DNA from: Pseudomonadota bacterium
Lineage (GTDB): Bacteria > Pseudomonadota > Gammaproteobacteria > Ga0077536
DNA length: 64,000 nt
NCBI GenBank assembly: GCA_036158955.1
Contig: JAYYFI010000015.1
Span: forward strand, 59,849-123,848
Reading direction: 5' to 3'
Below the pieces are notes generated by a model. The model did not search any database. It had not been told where the DNA came from and was given only the letters and a program-made list of their open reading frames with translations. The position numbers were made by a program, and so were the translations under genes. This document shows, in pieces, positions 44,600 through 54,746 of the stretch (the first letter of the stretch is position 1; each line of letters opens with the position of its first letter).

Positions 44600-46108
44600 C
44601 TAATCCTTTAATAAAAAAGATAAAGGAATCATCAAAATAAATATTACACAAATAAACAAAAAAGTGTCATTATAAGCCGCAATTTGCACTTGTTTTTCAA
44701 ATTGCTCTTTAAGTAACATTATACCCTCTAAGCTATCTGGAGAAATTTGATCAGGTAAAGATAACCCTTTGAAATTTGGGTTTTGATTATTTATAAATTG
44801 ACTCAAATAATTCCAATGAACTTGCTCCCTTACTACTAGATAGCTACTGCAAATTGCCACACCAATGGACCCACCCATCGTTCTCATAAGATTAAACAAA
44901 CCGGTCGCATCTGAGGATAATTTTTCATCGATTGTATCAAAACTAATTACCGAAAGCTTAGACCAAACAAAAGCCATTCCGATACCCATTACCATACCAG
45001 GAATCACAAACCCAACTGTATCTGTATTCAGTGAAAAATTAGACATTTGATAGCAACCTAACATCGAAAAGAACAGCCCAATTAATATGGCCCATCTGCT
45101 ACTAAAAGATATGAAAAGAATTTTAGTTAAAAGCCACAAAAGTAAAGCACTTACAACTGCTCGTGGTGTTAAAACAAACCCTGCACTTAAGACGGGATAG
45201 TTAAACACCTCCTGAACTGCTATTGGTAATAAGACAATAACTGCATACATTGCCATGCCATAACCCGCCATAATTATGTTACCGATCAAAAAATTCGTAT
45301 CTCTAAATAAATGAATTTTTATTATTGGGTCAGCGCTATTAAAGCAATGGTAAACTAAAATTAAACCGGCTGTTGCTGAGAAAAAAGTTAATATCGTTAT
45401 TTTGTCAGAATCAAACCAATCTTTTGAATGACCTAGGTCTATTGCCATCTGTAAACAACCTAGAAACACAGCCAGAAGTACCATACCATACCAGTCTGTC
45501 CTGAAAACATCAGTTTTTTTATTAAACTCAAGGTCTCGAAAAATAAGAAGAATTGCAACGATTCCGACCGGTAAATTGATAAAAAAAACCCATCTCCATG
45601 AGAAATTCTCGGTAATAACTCCCCCTAAAATTGGCCCAATTAACGGTCCAACCATTAACGCTATACCCCAGATAGCCATTATTTTAGCCCTATCATTTTT
45701 CGAAAATTTATCCAAAAGTAAAGCTTGGGAAATTGGAATCAACACTGCGCCGAATCCTCCTTGTAACAGGCGAAAAAAAACCATCATCAACAGACTCGAG
45801 GAAAGGCCACAAAAAACTGAAGAAATAACAAAACCGACTGACCCAGCCAATAGAACCTGACTCTGTCCGAACTTTCGTACCAAGTATCCCGTCAGTGGCA
45901 TAATAATCGCTGTTGCCACCATATATGAAGAAATACTCCACGTAATTTGATCTGAAGTGGCTCCAAAACTACCTTTGAGATGAGGCAAAATAATATTTAC
46001 GACAGTGGTGTCCACCACCTCTAATGTAACTAAAAGCATTAAACCAAACACAAAACCAAAACGAGGTGACCCCGAGGGGCTTTCAACCTTATCGGTTCCG
46101 CGCATCAA
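44600..46108 (-). CDS. MFS transporter, DHA2 (EmrB/QacA) family efflux pump
   Basis: 502 aa with about 14 TM segments and the DHA2 motif LLQGGFGAVLIP. It is paired with the HlyD gene. Confidence 0.85.
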   Translation of the reverse strand: MMRGTDKVESPSGSPRFGFVFGLMLLVTLEVVDTTVVNIILPHLKGSFGATSDQITWSISSYMVATAIIMPLTGYLVRKFGQSQVLLAGSVGFVISSVFCGLSSSLLMMVFFRLLQGGFGAVLIPISQALLLDKFSKNDRAKIMAIWGIALMVGPLIGPILGGVITENFSWRWVFFINLPVGIVAILLIFRDLEFNKKTDVFRTDWYGMVLLAVFLGCLQMAIDLGHSKDWFDSDKITILTFFSATAGLILVYHCFNSADPIIKIHLFRDTNFLIGNIIMAGYGMAMYAVIVLLPIAVQEVFNYPVLSAGFVLTPRAVVSALLLWLLTKILFISFSSRWAILIGLFFSMLGCYQMSNFSLNTDTVGFVIPGMVMGIGMAFVWSKLSVISFDTIDEKLSSDATGLFNLMRTMGGSIGVAICSSYLVVREQVHWNYLSQFINNQNPNFKGLSLPDQISPDSLEGIMLLKEQFEKQVQIAAYNDTFLFICVIFILMIPLSFLLKD

Positions 46109-47003
46109 TAGTTACCACAACACTTGAGCCTACTTTCAATGGATTCCATCCGTTAATTGCGGTTTTCGGAGCATTGTCTATTGAAACCTTTACAGGAAAA
46201 CGTTGAGTTATCTTTACCCAATTTCCAGTTGAATTCTGTGGAGGCAACAGTGAAAAAGTAACGCCTGACCCAGCGCCCATGCTTTCCACCACACCTTTAA
46301 GTTTGAGGTTTGGAAACATATCTACGGATAATGTTGCGGGCTGACCGATCCGAATGTTCCTCATTTGAGTTTCTTTAAAGTTTGCCTCTACCCACCATTT
46401 TTTATCCTCAATTATCGAGAAAATTGGCTTATCTGCTTGGACAATCATTCCTAGTCTTAGATCAAAATTTGAGATCCAGCCATTGGCAGGAGAGACTAAT
46501 TTAGTGAAAGATAATCGTAATTGGGCTTCATCAAGATTCGCTTTTGCCAAGCGTCCTTGAGAATTAGCGGAATCCCTGGCGGCTTGCATTTCACGGTTTA
46601 AAGTTATTGCAGATAAATATTTTGAATCAGAAACCAAACCCTCTGAGTATAGACTTTTAATTCTTTCCAGATCTTTGATTGAACGATTTAATGCTGCTTC
46701 ACTCGCTTTTGAAATCTCAAGACTATTTTCAAAAGCTGCTTCTGCTGCTCTTAACTGCGTGAGATAGACCGATTGATCCAATCGAAGTAGCTCCACACCC
46801 TTTTTTACAAACTGATTCTCTTTTATATTGATATCCGCTATCGGGGCGGTTAATCGCGGAGCTATATCGACAATATGAGCCTTCAAATAAGCGTCGTCCG
46901 TTTTGGGGAAACTTAATCTAAAAGCTTTAAACAATACCACTAATACAACAATAGCTAAAAATGGCAAAAAAGAATATAAGTATTTTTTGTTAGAACTTAT
47001 CAT
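46089..47003 (-). CDS. HlyD/EmrA-family membrane fusion protein
   Basis: 304 aa with an N-terminal TM anchor, a coiled-coil middle and a beta-barrel C-terminus. It lies upstream of, and overlaps, the MFS pump gene. Confidence 0.8.
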   Translation of the reverse strand: MISSNKKYLYSFLPFLAIVVLVVLFKAFRLSFPKTDDAYLKAHIVDIAPRLTAPIADINIKENQFVKKGVELLRLDQSVYLTQLRAAEAAFENSLEISKASEAALNRSIKDLERIKSLYSEGLVSDSKYLSAITLNREMQAARDSANSQGRLAKANLDEAQLRLSFTKLVSPANGWISNFDLRLGMIVQADKPIFSIIEDKKWWVEANFKETQMRNIRIGQPATLSVDMFPNLKLKGVVESMGAGSGVTFSLLPPQNSTGNWVKITQRFPVKVSIDNAPKTAINGWNPLKVGSSVVVTIDARNR

Positions 47004-47081
47004 TAGCCCTTTGTTATTTCAATACAATCCTCTATTATACAGATTTCCAAAACCCTTTAAAAAATTTAATGTAAGTCAAAA

Positions 47082-48041
47082 ATGAAAGACAAAATAAAAG
47101 TTTTTATAGATGGAGAATCAGGAACAACTGGCCTAGAAATAAGAGGTCACCTTGAGCATCGTCAAGATATACAATTGATAACAATTAGCAAAGAAAACCG
47201 AAAATCAAAAGATGCGAGGGCTAAGTGCCTTAACGAAGCAGACATTTGTATCCTGTGTCTACCGGATGAAGCCGCCAAAGAGGCAGTGACACTGGTTGAA
47301 AATAAAGAAACTATAGTAATTGACACCTCAACGGCGCATCGCGTGTCAGATGGTTGGTGTTATGGATTTCCGGAGTATGAGTCATGTCAACGAGAAAAAA
47401 TTAAAAGAAGCACCAGAATAGCTAACCCTGGATGCTACGCGATAGGTGCTATAGCCCTATTGCACCCACTATTAACCAAAAAACTAATAAGTGAGGAAAA
47501 CGGAATCGCGATTACGGGCTTGTCCGGTTACTCTGGTGGTGGGAGGGCATTAATTGAAAAATTTAAAAAAGATCCCGATAACTATCACCGAATTTACGAC
47601 TATGCGTTACATCTCGATCATAAACACCTGCCAGAAATAAAAAAATGGGCGCCACTTTTAAATAATCCGGCCTTTGTCCCTTGTGTTGGGAGTTATTTCC
47701 GCGGAATGCTCGTAAGAATTCTTCTACCATATTCAAGCTATAATAAGAATTCAAATTTTATAGATATTTATCAAGCATTATCGAGACACTATGAACAGGA
47801 AGAATTTATAAAAGTTATCAATAATAGCGGTCAAACTATAATAAATGAAATTAACCCTCAAGAACTGAATCATACCAACAATATGAATCTTTATTTAACA
47901 ACGGATAAGGATAATAAAAACATTGCACTAATTGCTCAATTTGATAATTTAGGAAAAGGAGCGTCTAGACAAGCGTTACAAACTTTAAGTATTTTAATTG
48001 GTGAGGACGAGAAATTAGCTAATAGTAAAATAATGGGGTGA
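47082..48041 (+). CDS. argC: N-acetyl-gamma-glutamyl-phosphate reductase
   Basis: 319 aa. N-terminal GESGTTG NAD(P) motif and catalytic-Cys motif ANPGCYA. Confidence 0.8.
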   Translation: MKDKIKVFIDGESGTTGLEIRGHLEHRQDIQLITISKENRKSKDARAKCLNEADICILCLPDEAAKEAVTLVENKETIVIDTSTAHRVSDGWCYGFPEYESCQREKIKRSTRIANPGCYAIGAIALLHPLLTKKLISEENGIAITGLSGYSGGGRALIEKFKKDPDNYHRIYDYALHLDHKHLPEIKKWAPLLNNPAFVPCVGSYFRGMLVRILLPYSSYNKNSNFIDIYQALSRHYEQEEFIKVINNSGQTIINEINPQELNHTNNMNLYLTTDKDNKNIALIAQFDNLGKGASRQALQTLSILIGEDEKLANSKIMG

Positions 48042-48049
48042 AGAAATAG

Positions 48050-48679
48050 ATGAAACTATATGACTGTGAGATGGCACCAAATCCGAGAAGGGTTAGGATA
48101 TTCTTAGCTGAAAAAAAAGTTGAATTAGATATTAAACAAATCAATATTCTCGAAGGAGAGAATCTTTCTGAAGAATATCTGTCAATCAATCGGTGGGGGT
48201 ATGTTCCTACCTTAGAACTAGAGGACGGCACTTGTATTTCTGAAGCCCCTTGTATCTTTCAATATATTGAATATTTGTATCCAGAACCCAATTTACTTGG
48301 GACCAATCCCATTGAAGTTGCTGAAATTGGGAAGTGGGAACGTTTTTCTGAGATGCAAGGAAGTCAAGCCATCGGCGAATTCTTTAGAAACCAAGCAGAG
48401 CCTCTAAAAAACCGTGGGTTACCAGGCTTTTCAGATCTTCCTCAGATACCCGAACTGATTTCAAGAGGAAAAAAAAGAGCTGAATGGTTCTACACACAAA
48501 TTAATACCAGGCTCCTTGAAACAGATTACATCGCAGGAGATCGTTTTACCGCTGCAGACATAACAACCTTATGTGCCATTGATTTCGGCAAAAGAGTTGG
48601 TCTTCCATTCCCAGAAGAACATCAGAAAATTTCTCAGTGGCACAGACGTTTATACGCAAGAGAATCAATATCAATTTAA
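48050..48679 (+). CDS. glutathione S-transferase family protein
   Basis: 209 aa. Thioredoxin-like N-terminus MKLYDCEMAPNPRRVRIFL..., VPTLELEDG, and a helical C-terminal domain. Confidence 0.8.
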   Translation: MKLYDCEMAPNPRRVRIFLAEKKVELDIKQINILEGENLSEEYLSINRWGYVPTLELEDGTCISEAPCIFQYIEYLYPEPNLLGTNPIEVAEIGKWERFSEMQGSQAIGEFFRNQAEPLKNRGLPGFSDLPQIPELISRGKKRAEWFYTQINTRLLETDYIAGDRFTAADITTLCAIDFGKRVGLPFPEEHQKISQWHRRLYARESISI

Positions 48680-49696
48680 AGCAACTTCAACTCTAGTTTT
48701 CTGAGCGATAATTATACCTCTTCGCGGTCTGGGATAGAGCTCAATAGTAAAATTGTTATTTCCATTACACAAGCCATCATCCAGCGATTTGAAAGGCATA
48801 TGTTCAGTTGCCCTCTGCTCAGCGATACTTGTAGTGACAACGCTCACCAGTTCAATTTCTGAATAACCAAGTTTGACCAACCATGATTTGATCGCCAAAA
48901 ATGAGGGTAACTGCCAAACATTCGGCATCTTCGCGTAATTTTCCTTCGGCACGAATAAACAAGGTTCGTTTGAATCAAAAATCAACGTTTCTAAAATCAG
49001 AAAGCCACCAACTTTAAGAAATCTAGTTGCATTTTTAAGATGCTCAAATGGTGTTTTACTGTGATACAAAGTTCCCATCATAAAAACTTTATCAAATAAA
49101 CATTGCCTTTCCGGCGAGTCTTCTAAAGTCATTGGCAGAAAGCGAATTTTAACGTCATCTGCAAAATGGTTCAAAAAATGGAATTGAATAAATGAAAGAA
49201 AACTTGGTTCTAGACAAACCACGAATCGTGCCCCGGCCTCACGCATTCGCCACGCAAAATAACCATTTCCACTCCCCACATCCATAATGATATCATTTTT
49301 AAGCGAAGGAATTTTTGAACTAAGCCGGTTCCACTTTAGAGAACAATTCCACTCACTATCGATAGGTATGCCAAATAAATTATATGGTCCTTTTCTCCAA
49401 GGTATTAGTTGTTTTATTTGATCTTTGATTAAAAATCTTTGTTTAAAGTCAGATCTATTTTCTGGAACAATATCAAAAATTATAACGCCATTTCTAATGT
49501 TTACCGCTCCATTAATAATGGGAAGAAGATCGAAAAAACCTTCATATTTTTGGAAATTTTTTCTGTTTTGAATAATTACCTGTTTGACAGCTCCGGCACA
49601 GGATTGAAGCCACAGATCTAACTCCGAAGGTAAATCACTCTGGCTTCTATCGTATACTTTTGCAAAAGCCAATTGTTTTAACTTACTTATTTGCAA
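48671..49696 (-). CDS. cmoB: tRNA U34 carboxymethyltransferase
   Basis: 341 aa. Collinear with E. coli CmoB: LIPWRKGPY, DVGSGNGY and GTLYH.KTPFEHL. Confidence 0.85.
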   Translation of the reverse strand: MQISKLKQLAFAKVYDRSQSDLPSELDLWLQSCAGAVKQVIIQNRKNFQKYEGFFDLLPIINGAVNIRNGVIIFDIVPENRSDFKQRFLIKDQIKQLIPWRKGPYNLFGIPIDSEWNCSLKWNRLSSKIPSLKNDIIMDVGSGNGYFAWRMREAGARFVVCLEPSFLSFIQFHFLNHFADDVKIRFLPMTLEDSPERQCLFDKVFMMGTLYHSKTPFEHLKNATRFLKVGGFLILETLIFDSNEPCLFVPKENYAKMPNVWQLPSFLAIKSWLVKLGYSEIELVSVVTTSIAEQRATEHMPFKSLDDGLCNGNNNFTIELYPRPRRGIIIAQKTRVEVALN

Positions 49697-49752
49697 AATT
49701 AGATCTCCTGAAAAAGATGCTTTAATATTAAAGATAAACTTAGAAAATTAAA

Positions 49753-50475
49753 ATGGAAATTTATATGCCAAAAGTAGATGATGCCATAAATGCAGAAAAC
49801 GGGAGTTGGTCTTTCGCAGCAAACGATCCATTGATATTAAGTAATCACATGCGAAAATCAATACCGGATTATGATCAAGGACATTCCTTAATACTTGAAA
49901 TCTCGGAATTTTTCGTTAAGCAAGAATCGATAATTTACGACATTGGTTGCTCAAATGGAGAATTAACCCACCAATTAGCTAAAAAATATCAAGGAAAAAA
50001 GGTTCAAATAATAGGAGTTGACTGTGAAAAAAACTTCATTAAGGCTGCTAAAGGCCATAGCCAAACTAATAGAAATTTAACATTTGAAACAGAGAATGCC
50101 ATTGACTACAAATATAAAACTTGTGATTTAGTCATTCTATATTACACTCTGCAATTTATACAAATTGATAAGAGAGAAAATCTTCTACTTAGCCTTTATA
50201 AATCATTAAAAAAAGGTGGGGGCTTGCTATTATTTGAAAAAACTCGGCAGGACAACCCTAGAGCAAATGATATTTTGAACCAGCTCTACACAGATTTTAA
50301 ATTAAATAATGGGTACACAGGCAATGAAATAGTTGCTAAAGCTAGAAGTTTAAAAGGAGTTTTAGAGCCCCTTTCTACAGAGCAAAATCTTGAACTTCTT
50401 GAACAAACGGGATTTTATCACTCCACAATCATCCATAAAACACTTTGTTTTGATGGTATTCTAGCAATAAAATGA
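49753..50475 (+). CDS. cmoA: carboxy-S-adenosyl-L-methionine synthase
   Basis: 240 aa. Class I methyltransferase fold (YDIGCSNGE) and a CmoA-like N-terminus (W.F......HMRKSIPDYD). Confidence 0.75.
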   Translation: MEIYMPKVDDAINAENGSWSFAANDPLILSNHMRKSIPDYDQGHSLILEISEFFVKQESIIYDIGCSNGELTHQLAKKYQGKKVQIIGVDCEKNFIKAAKGHSQTNRNLTFETENAIDYKYKTCDLVILYYTLQFIQIDKRENLLLSLYKSLKKGGGLLLFEKTRQDNPRANDILNQLYTDFKLNNGYTGNEIVAKARSLKGVLEPLSTEQNLELLEQTGFYHSTIIHKTLCFDGILAIK

Positions 50476-51323
50476 AAATATCAAGTCAAAAAGCGCCAAC
50501 AGAAAAACAGTTTTTGGCTTTTTATGAATTCAGGGATAAAGTGGACCCCGAAGCACTACGACAAAATTTAATAGAGAAGGATTTGCAAGCAAGACTACTG
50601 GGAACCCTAATACTGTCAAAAGAAGGGATCAACGGAGCTGTAACAGGAACAAAGAATGACACTCAATTCTTACTCAATACGCTTAACGAACTAAACTTTA
50701 ACAATCTAATAATTAATAGATATAGTACAGCAACTGAAGCTTTCGATAGATTTATAGTTAAAATCAAAAATGAAATCGTAACTAGTGATTTTAATGTGAA
50801 AAAAATTAAAAAAAGTAATTATATTAATCCAGAAAAATGGGACGAAGAAGTGACACGACAAAATATGACAATCATCGATGTGAGGAACTTCTATGAAAGT
50901 ATGATAGGTTCTTTTCGCGATGCAATTAAACCAAAGACTCGTAATTTCAAAGAATTCAAAAGAGCTATAGTTAATAAGCTTAGAGACCATCCGAAAAATA
51001 AGCCAATCGCTATGTTTTGTACTGGAGGAATTCGATGTGAAAAAGCTGCTGATTTTTTAAATTCACAGGGTTTTTCGTCCATATACAAGCTGAATGGAGG
51101 GATTTTAAGTTATTTTAAAAACAATAAAGAGCACAAATCTTTGTGGTCTGGGGACTGTTTCGTCTTTGATAAAAGAGTAGCTATAGATAGAAATTTCGAA
51201 CGCGCAAATTACCAACAATGCTACGGGTGCAAACAAATGATTAAACTTGATTCTAAATCAAAATTATTTGATGAATGGACTCTTTGTAGCAAATGCAAGA
51301 AGTTAAGCGGCGCCAATGTTTGA
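50472..51323 (+). CDS. trhO: rhodanese-domain tRNA uridine(34) hydroxylase (YceA/TrhO family)
   Basis: 283 aa. Rhodanese active-site loop FCTGGIRCEKA and a C-terminal Cys cluster (CYGC...CSKC). An ATGA overlap links it to cmoA. Confidence 0.75.
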   Translation: MKISSQKAPTEKQFLAFYEFRDKVDPEALRQNLIEKDLQARLLGTLILSKEGINGAVTGTKNDTQFLLNTLNELNFNNLIINRYSTATEAFDRFIVKIKNEIVTSDFNVKKIKKSNYINPEKWDEEVTRQNMTIIDVRNFYESMIGSFRDAIKPKTRNFKEFKRAIVNKLRDHPKNKPIAMFCTGGIRCEKAADFLNSQGFSSIYKLNGGILSYFKNNKEHKSLWSGDCFVFDKRVAIDRNFERANYQQCYGCKQMIKLDSKSKLFDEWTLCSKCKKLSGANV

Positions 51324-52899
51324 AATTTATATAAGACAATTGCTAGAGCTCGCTGAAAATCACAAAAAAATTAATATAGTTGATCTATTTAAAGCTGATT
51401 CAAAAAGATTAGAAGAATTTTCAATTGAAACCAATGAAATTTATTTTGATTATTCGAAAAATCTACTGACTTTTGATGCCTACAATAAATTAGTTAGTTT
51501 TGGTGCCATATCATATTTTACAGACTATATAAGAAAGATGTTCAATGGTGAAACGGTAAATTTCACAGAAAATCGAAAAGCACTTCACTATCTCCTTCGT
51601 AGCTATGAAAAAAATCTTTCTGGACATGTTGAAACTGAAAAACAACTTATAAAAGAACAACTGACGGCAATGGAAGAATTAGTTTCTGAAGTCAAAAACA
51701 AAAAACGATTAAATAGCAACGAAAAATTTTTTTCCGACGTACTTGTTATTGGAATTGGCGGCTCGCATCTTGGGCCAGAGCTAGTAAGCGAGGCACTTAT
51801 AGATTTTCATGATGATCCCTTTAATATGAAGTTCTTGGTAAACGCAGATCCCAACGAGTTTAGGGCCACCATAGGAAAATTAGACGCCAAAAAAACGCTT
51901 GTAATCATTATAAGTAAATCAATGACAACAAACGAGACACTTCTTAATCTTAAAGCTGTAAAAGAATGGTTAATTAGCCAAGGTGTGAAAGATAATGATA
52001 TTGGCAATCACATGATAACTATTAGCAGCAGTAAAACGTTGGACGCCCTGAATATTAAGCCTTTCAAAATGCTTTCTTTTGGAGATTGGGTTGGTGGACG
52101 CTACTCTCTTTGGTCTTGCGCAGGTCTGCCGATTGCATTACAAATAGGATTTGCAAATTTCATGAAATTACTCGATGGAGCATCCAGCATAGATGAGATG
52201 TTTTTGAATAACGATATCAATAATAACATTCCTAAGTTGTTAGCACTCATTGCATTTTGGAATAGTCGCTGTTTAGGAAAATTTTCCTATGCAGTAATGC
52301 CTTATGATACGAGATTAAAATTACTACCACACTATTTACAACAATTAGAAATGGAGAGTAATGGTAAAAGCGTGGATTTCAATGGACAGGACATCCTGAA
52401 CCATACGACTCCTCTCACATGGGGCGGAATTGGCACCAGCAGTCAGCACGCTGTTTTTCAATTTTTACATCAAAGCACTCATAAAATTCCCGTTGACTTC
52501 ATCGTGACCATGGAGCCCTCGAGAGATTACCCAGATCTTCAAACTAGTCAAATTGCCAATTGTATCGCGCAGTCTGAGGCACTAATGATTGGAAACAAAC
52601 ATCGTATAAATAAAATAAAAGAACCGCACAAATTCATAAGCGGAAACGTGCCAAGTAATACAATTGTTCTTAAAAAATTAAGCCCCTACTCTCTGGGTTC
52701 ACTACTAGCCATTTACGAGCATAAAACATTTTTTCTCAGCCTCATTTTCTCGATAAATGCTTTTGATCAATGGGGTGTTCAAGATGGCAAGTTGCTCGCT
52801 AAGACAATTGAGTCTGACATAAAACATAAAAAAATATCACCTCACGATCCGTCAACTGAAAAGTTAATATCAATGTTTATTAAATACAATGAAAAATAA
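51316..52899 (+). CDS. pgi: glucose-6-phosphate isomerase
   Basis: 527 aa. Motifs IGIGGSHLGP, DWVGGRYSLWS and LQQLEMESNGK. Confidence 0.9.
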   Translation: MFEIYIRQLLELAENHKKINIVDLFKADSKRLEEFSIETNEIYFDYSKNLLTFDAYNKLVSFGAISYFTDYIRKMFNGETVNFTENRKALHYLLRSYEKNLSGHVETEKQLIKEQLTAMEELVSEVKNKKRLNSNEKFFSDVLVIGIGGSHLGPELVSEALIDFHDDPFNMKFLVNADPNEFRATIGKLDAKKTLVIIISKSMTTNETLLNLKAVKEWLISQGVKDNDIGNHMITISSSKTLDALNIKPFKMLSFGDWVGGRYSLWSCAGLPIALQIGFANFMKLLDGASSIDEMFLNNDINNNIPKLLALIAFWNSRCLGKFSYAVMPYDTRLKLLPHYLQQLEMESNGKSVDFNGQDILNHTTPLTWGGIGTSSQHAVFQFLHQSTHKIPVDFIVTMEPSRDYPDLQTSQIANCIAQSEALMIGNKHRINKIKEPHKFISGNVPSNTIVLKKLSPYSLGSLLAIYEHKTFFLSLIFSINAFDQWGVQDGKLLAKTIESDIKHKKISPHDPSTEKLISMFIKYNEK

Positions 52900-53536
52900 G
52901 AAATTTTTTCAAAGAAACCCTTTCATCATCAGCATAATAATTGCTATCAGTTTCATACTAGGGTTAGTTATATCAGTCAAACAGACACCAACCGAAAAAC
53001 CTGAGTACACTGGGGTCATTTGGCCTAACTCACCAAAAGTTTCGGAGTTCACTATGTTGGATTCGTATGAAAAAGAGATTACTGAAACATTCTTAGAGGG
53101 AACTTGGAACCTAATTTTTTTTGGTTTTACTCATTGTCCTGATATTTGCCCATCAACATTATCCACATTGAGTATAGCTGAGCAAACCTTACGAGAAAGA
53201 AATATGTTCGATAAAAGTAATATAATATTCATCTCTGTGGACACCCATAGAGATGATCCGAATATCATAAGGCGCTATTTAAGTAATTTTTCAAATTCTT
53301 TTATAGGAATGATGGGCGAGGCAAGTGAACTAAAAAAATTAGGAGATTCCTTAGGGGCAGTTTTTTATCAGCACGAAATGGATAATGGCGAAATAATTAT
53401 AGATCACTCTTCAAGTTTGTTTATCCTTTCTCCTGAAAATGAGCTACTTGGTGTCTTGACGCAGCCATTTAGCTCTAAAGATGTAGTCGAAAAATATGAA
53501 AAATTAAGAGATTTTCATCATAAGCATTTAAACTAA
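52889..53536 (+). CDS. SCO1/SenC-family copper chaperone
   Basis: 215 aa with an N-terminal TM anchor. Motif FGFTHCPDICP (CxxxC) and a downstream His in IIDHSS. Confidence 0.8.
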   Translation: MKNKKFFQRNPFIISIIIAISFILGLVISVKQTPTEKPEYTGVIWPNSPKVSEFTMLDSYEKEITETFLEGTWNLIFFGFTHCPDICPSTLSTLSIAEQTLRERNMFDKSNIIFISVDTHRDDPNIIRRYLSNFSNSFIGMMGEASELKKLGDSLGAVFYQHEMDNGEIIIDHSSSLFILSPENELLGVLTQPFSSKDVVEKYEKLRDFHHKHLN

Positions 53537-53571
53537 TTTCAACTATAACAATTTTATAGAAAAAAAATTTT

Positions 53572-54375
53572 ATGAGAGTTCTTTTATCACGTTTCATTGG
53601 AAAAATAGCAAGCCTGAGGCTTAAATATTTTTCAATGCCTTTAGTGCGGATATTTAGGTTAGCCTTCAAAATAAAGGATCCTGTTAACATAGAAAGCCAC
53701 CAGTCCCTGAATGATTTTTTCTCACGAAAGAAGACAGAGTACTTTTTATTATCTAAAAGCGAAGGATCTTTTTGTTCACCTGCTGAAGGTGTTATTTCCC
53801 AATATGGAACGATAAAAGACTCAACCCTCGTTCAATCAAAAGGAAAGTTTTTTGACTTGAATCAATTATTCGGGGGCGACAGAAATTTAAGCGACCGTTT
53901 TGTATCTGGTAAATTCTTTACCGTTTATCTAGCGCCAAATAATTATCATCGGGTTCACTTACCAAGAGATGGGAAATTAACCAAAATTCGCTATATTAAA
54001 GGCAACCTCTATTCAGTATCAAAAAGAAATAGCGAAAGAGTCGATAGCCTTTATTGTAGAAACGAAAGGGTTGTACTCTATTTTGAAACCGACGAGACGC
54101 ACGTATTTGCACTAATCTTGGTCGGTGCCTTGCTAGTTGGAAGCATATCTCTTACCTATAACAACATCTCGAATAGCGTTCACAGTATCTACCCCAGAAA
54201 CCAGACAGTATCCGTCGATCCTATCCAATTAAACCAATTTGATGAAGTTGGATTATTTAACTTTGGGTCAACAGTTATTTGCGTAGCAAGTGAGCACTTT
54301 TTAAACTTCGAAAATCTAAGAAATGACCTTGAAATAAAAGTTGGTCAAGTAGTTGGCTATTCAATAACAAAGTAA
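53572..54375 (+). CDS. psd: phosphatidylserine decarboxylase proenzyme
   Basis: 267 aa. YHRVH motif and the self-cleavage site FNFGSTV (G-S). Confidence 0.85.
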   Translation: MRVLLSRFIGKIASLRLKYFSMPLVRIFRLAFKIKDPVNIESHQSLNDFFSRKKTEYFLLSKSEGSFCSPAEGVISQYGTIKDSTLVQSKGKFFDLNQLFGGDRNLSDRFVSGKFFTVYLAPNNYHRVHLPRDGKLTKIRYIKGNLYSVSKRNSERVDSLYCRNERVVLYFETDETHVFALILVGALLVGSISLTYNNISNSVHSIYPRNQTVSVDPIQLNQFDEVGLFNFGSTVICVASEHFLNFENLRNDLEIKVGQVVGYSITK

Positions 54376-54390
54376 TAGCCTCATCTACGC

Positions 54391-54648
54391 TTACCTTCTT
54401 TTGTCTGGTCTCGGTCGCGCCTCATTAACGCGCAGCTCACGACCTTTTACTTCCTTACCATTAAGATATTGAATGGCTTCCTCAGCCGAGTTTTTATCAT
54501 CCATTTCAACAAAGCCATAACCCTTAGAAAGACCCGAGCTTCTATCCATTATGACATTAGCGCTCTTAACCTCACCGTATTCACTGAAAAGCTCCGACAA
54601 TTCATTATCACGTACACTAAACGGTAGGTTTCCTACATATATATTCAC
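54391..54648 (-). CDS. RRM-domain RNA-binding protein
   Basis: 85 aa. RNP2 IYVGNL, RNP1 KGYGFVEM, and a basic tail. Confidence 0.85.
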   Translation of the reverse strand: MNIYVGNLPFSVRDNELSELFSEYGEVKSANVIMDRSSGLSKGYGFVEMDDKNSAEEAIQYLNGKEVKGRELRVNEARPRPDKRR

Positions 54649-54746
54649 TTTATCAACCTTTTAAATAATCAAAAGATTATTTTAAACCACTATGAAGATA
54701 AAAGCACGATAAGTTTTCTGTTATTACTTTTAAATCCTTAAAACTA

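Noticed and set aside
54391-54648. RRM protein as part of the nuo operon
   Set aside because: It is on the same strand and 98 nt downstream of nuoN. However, it is a common stand-alone stress-type RNA-binding protein, and nothing ties it to complex I.
54663-54682. AAATAATC-AAAA-GATTATTT hairpin between nuoN and the RRM gene
   Set aside because: The stem is almost all A/T (one G-C pair) with very low predicted stability, so it may be chance in AT-rich DNA.
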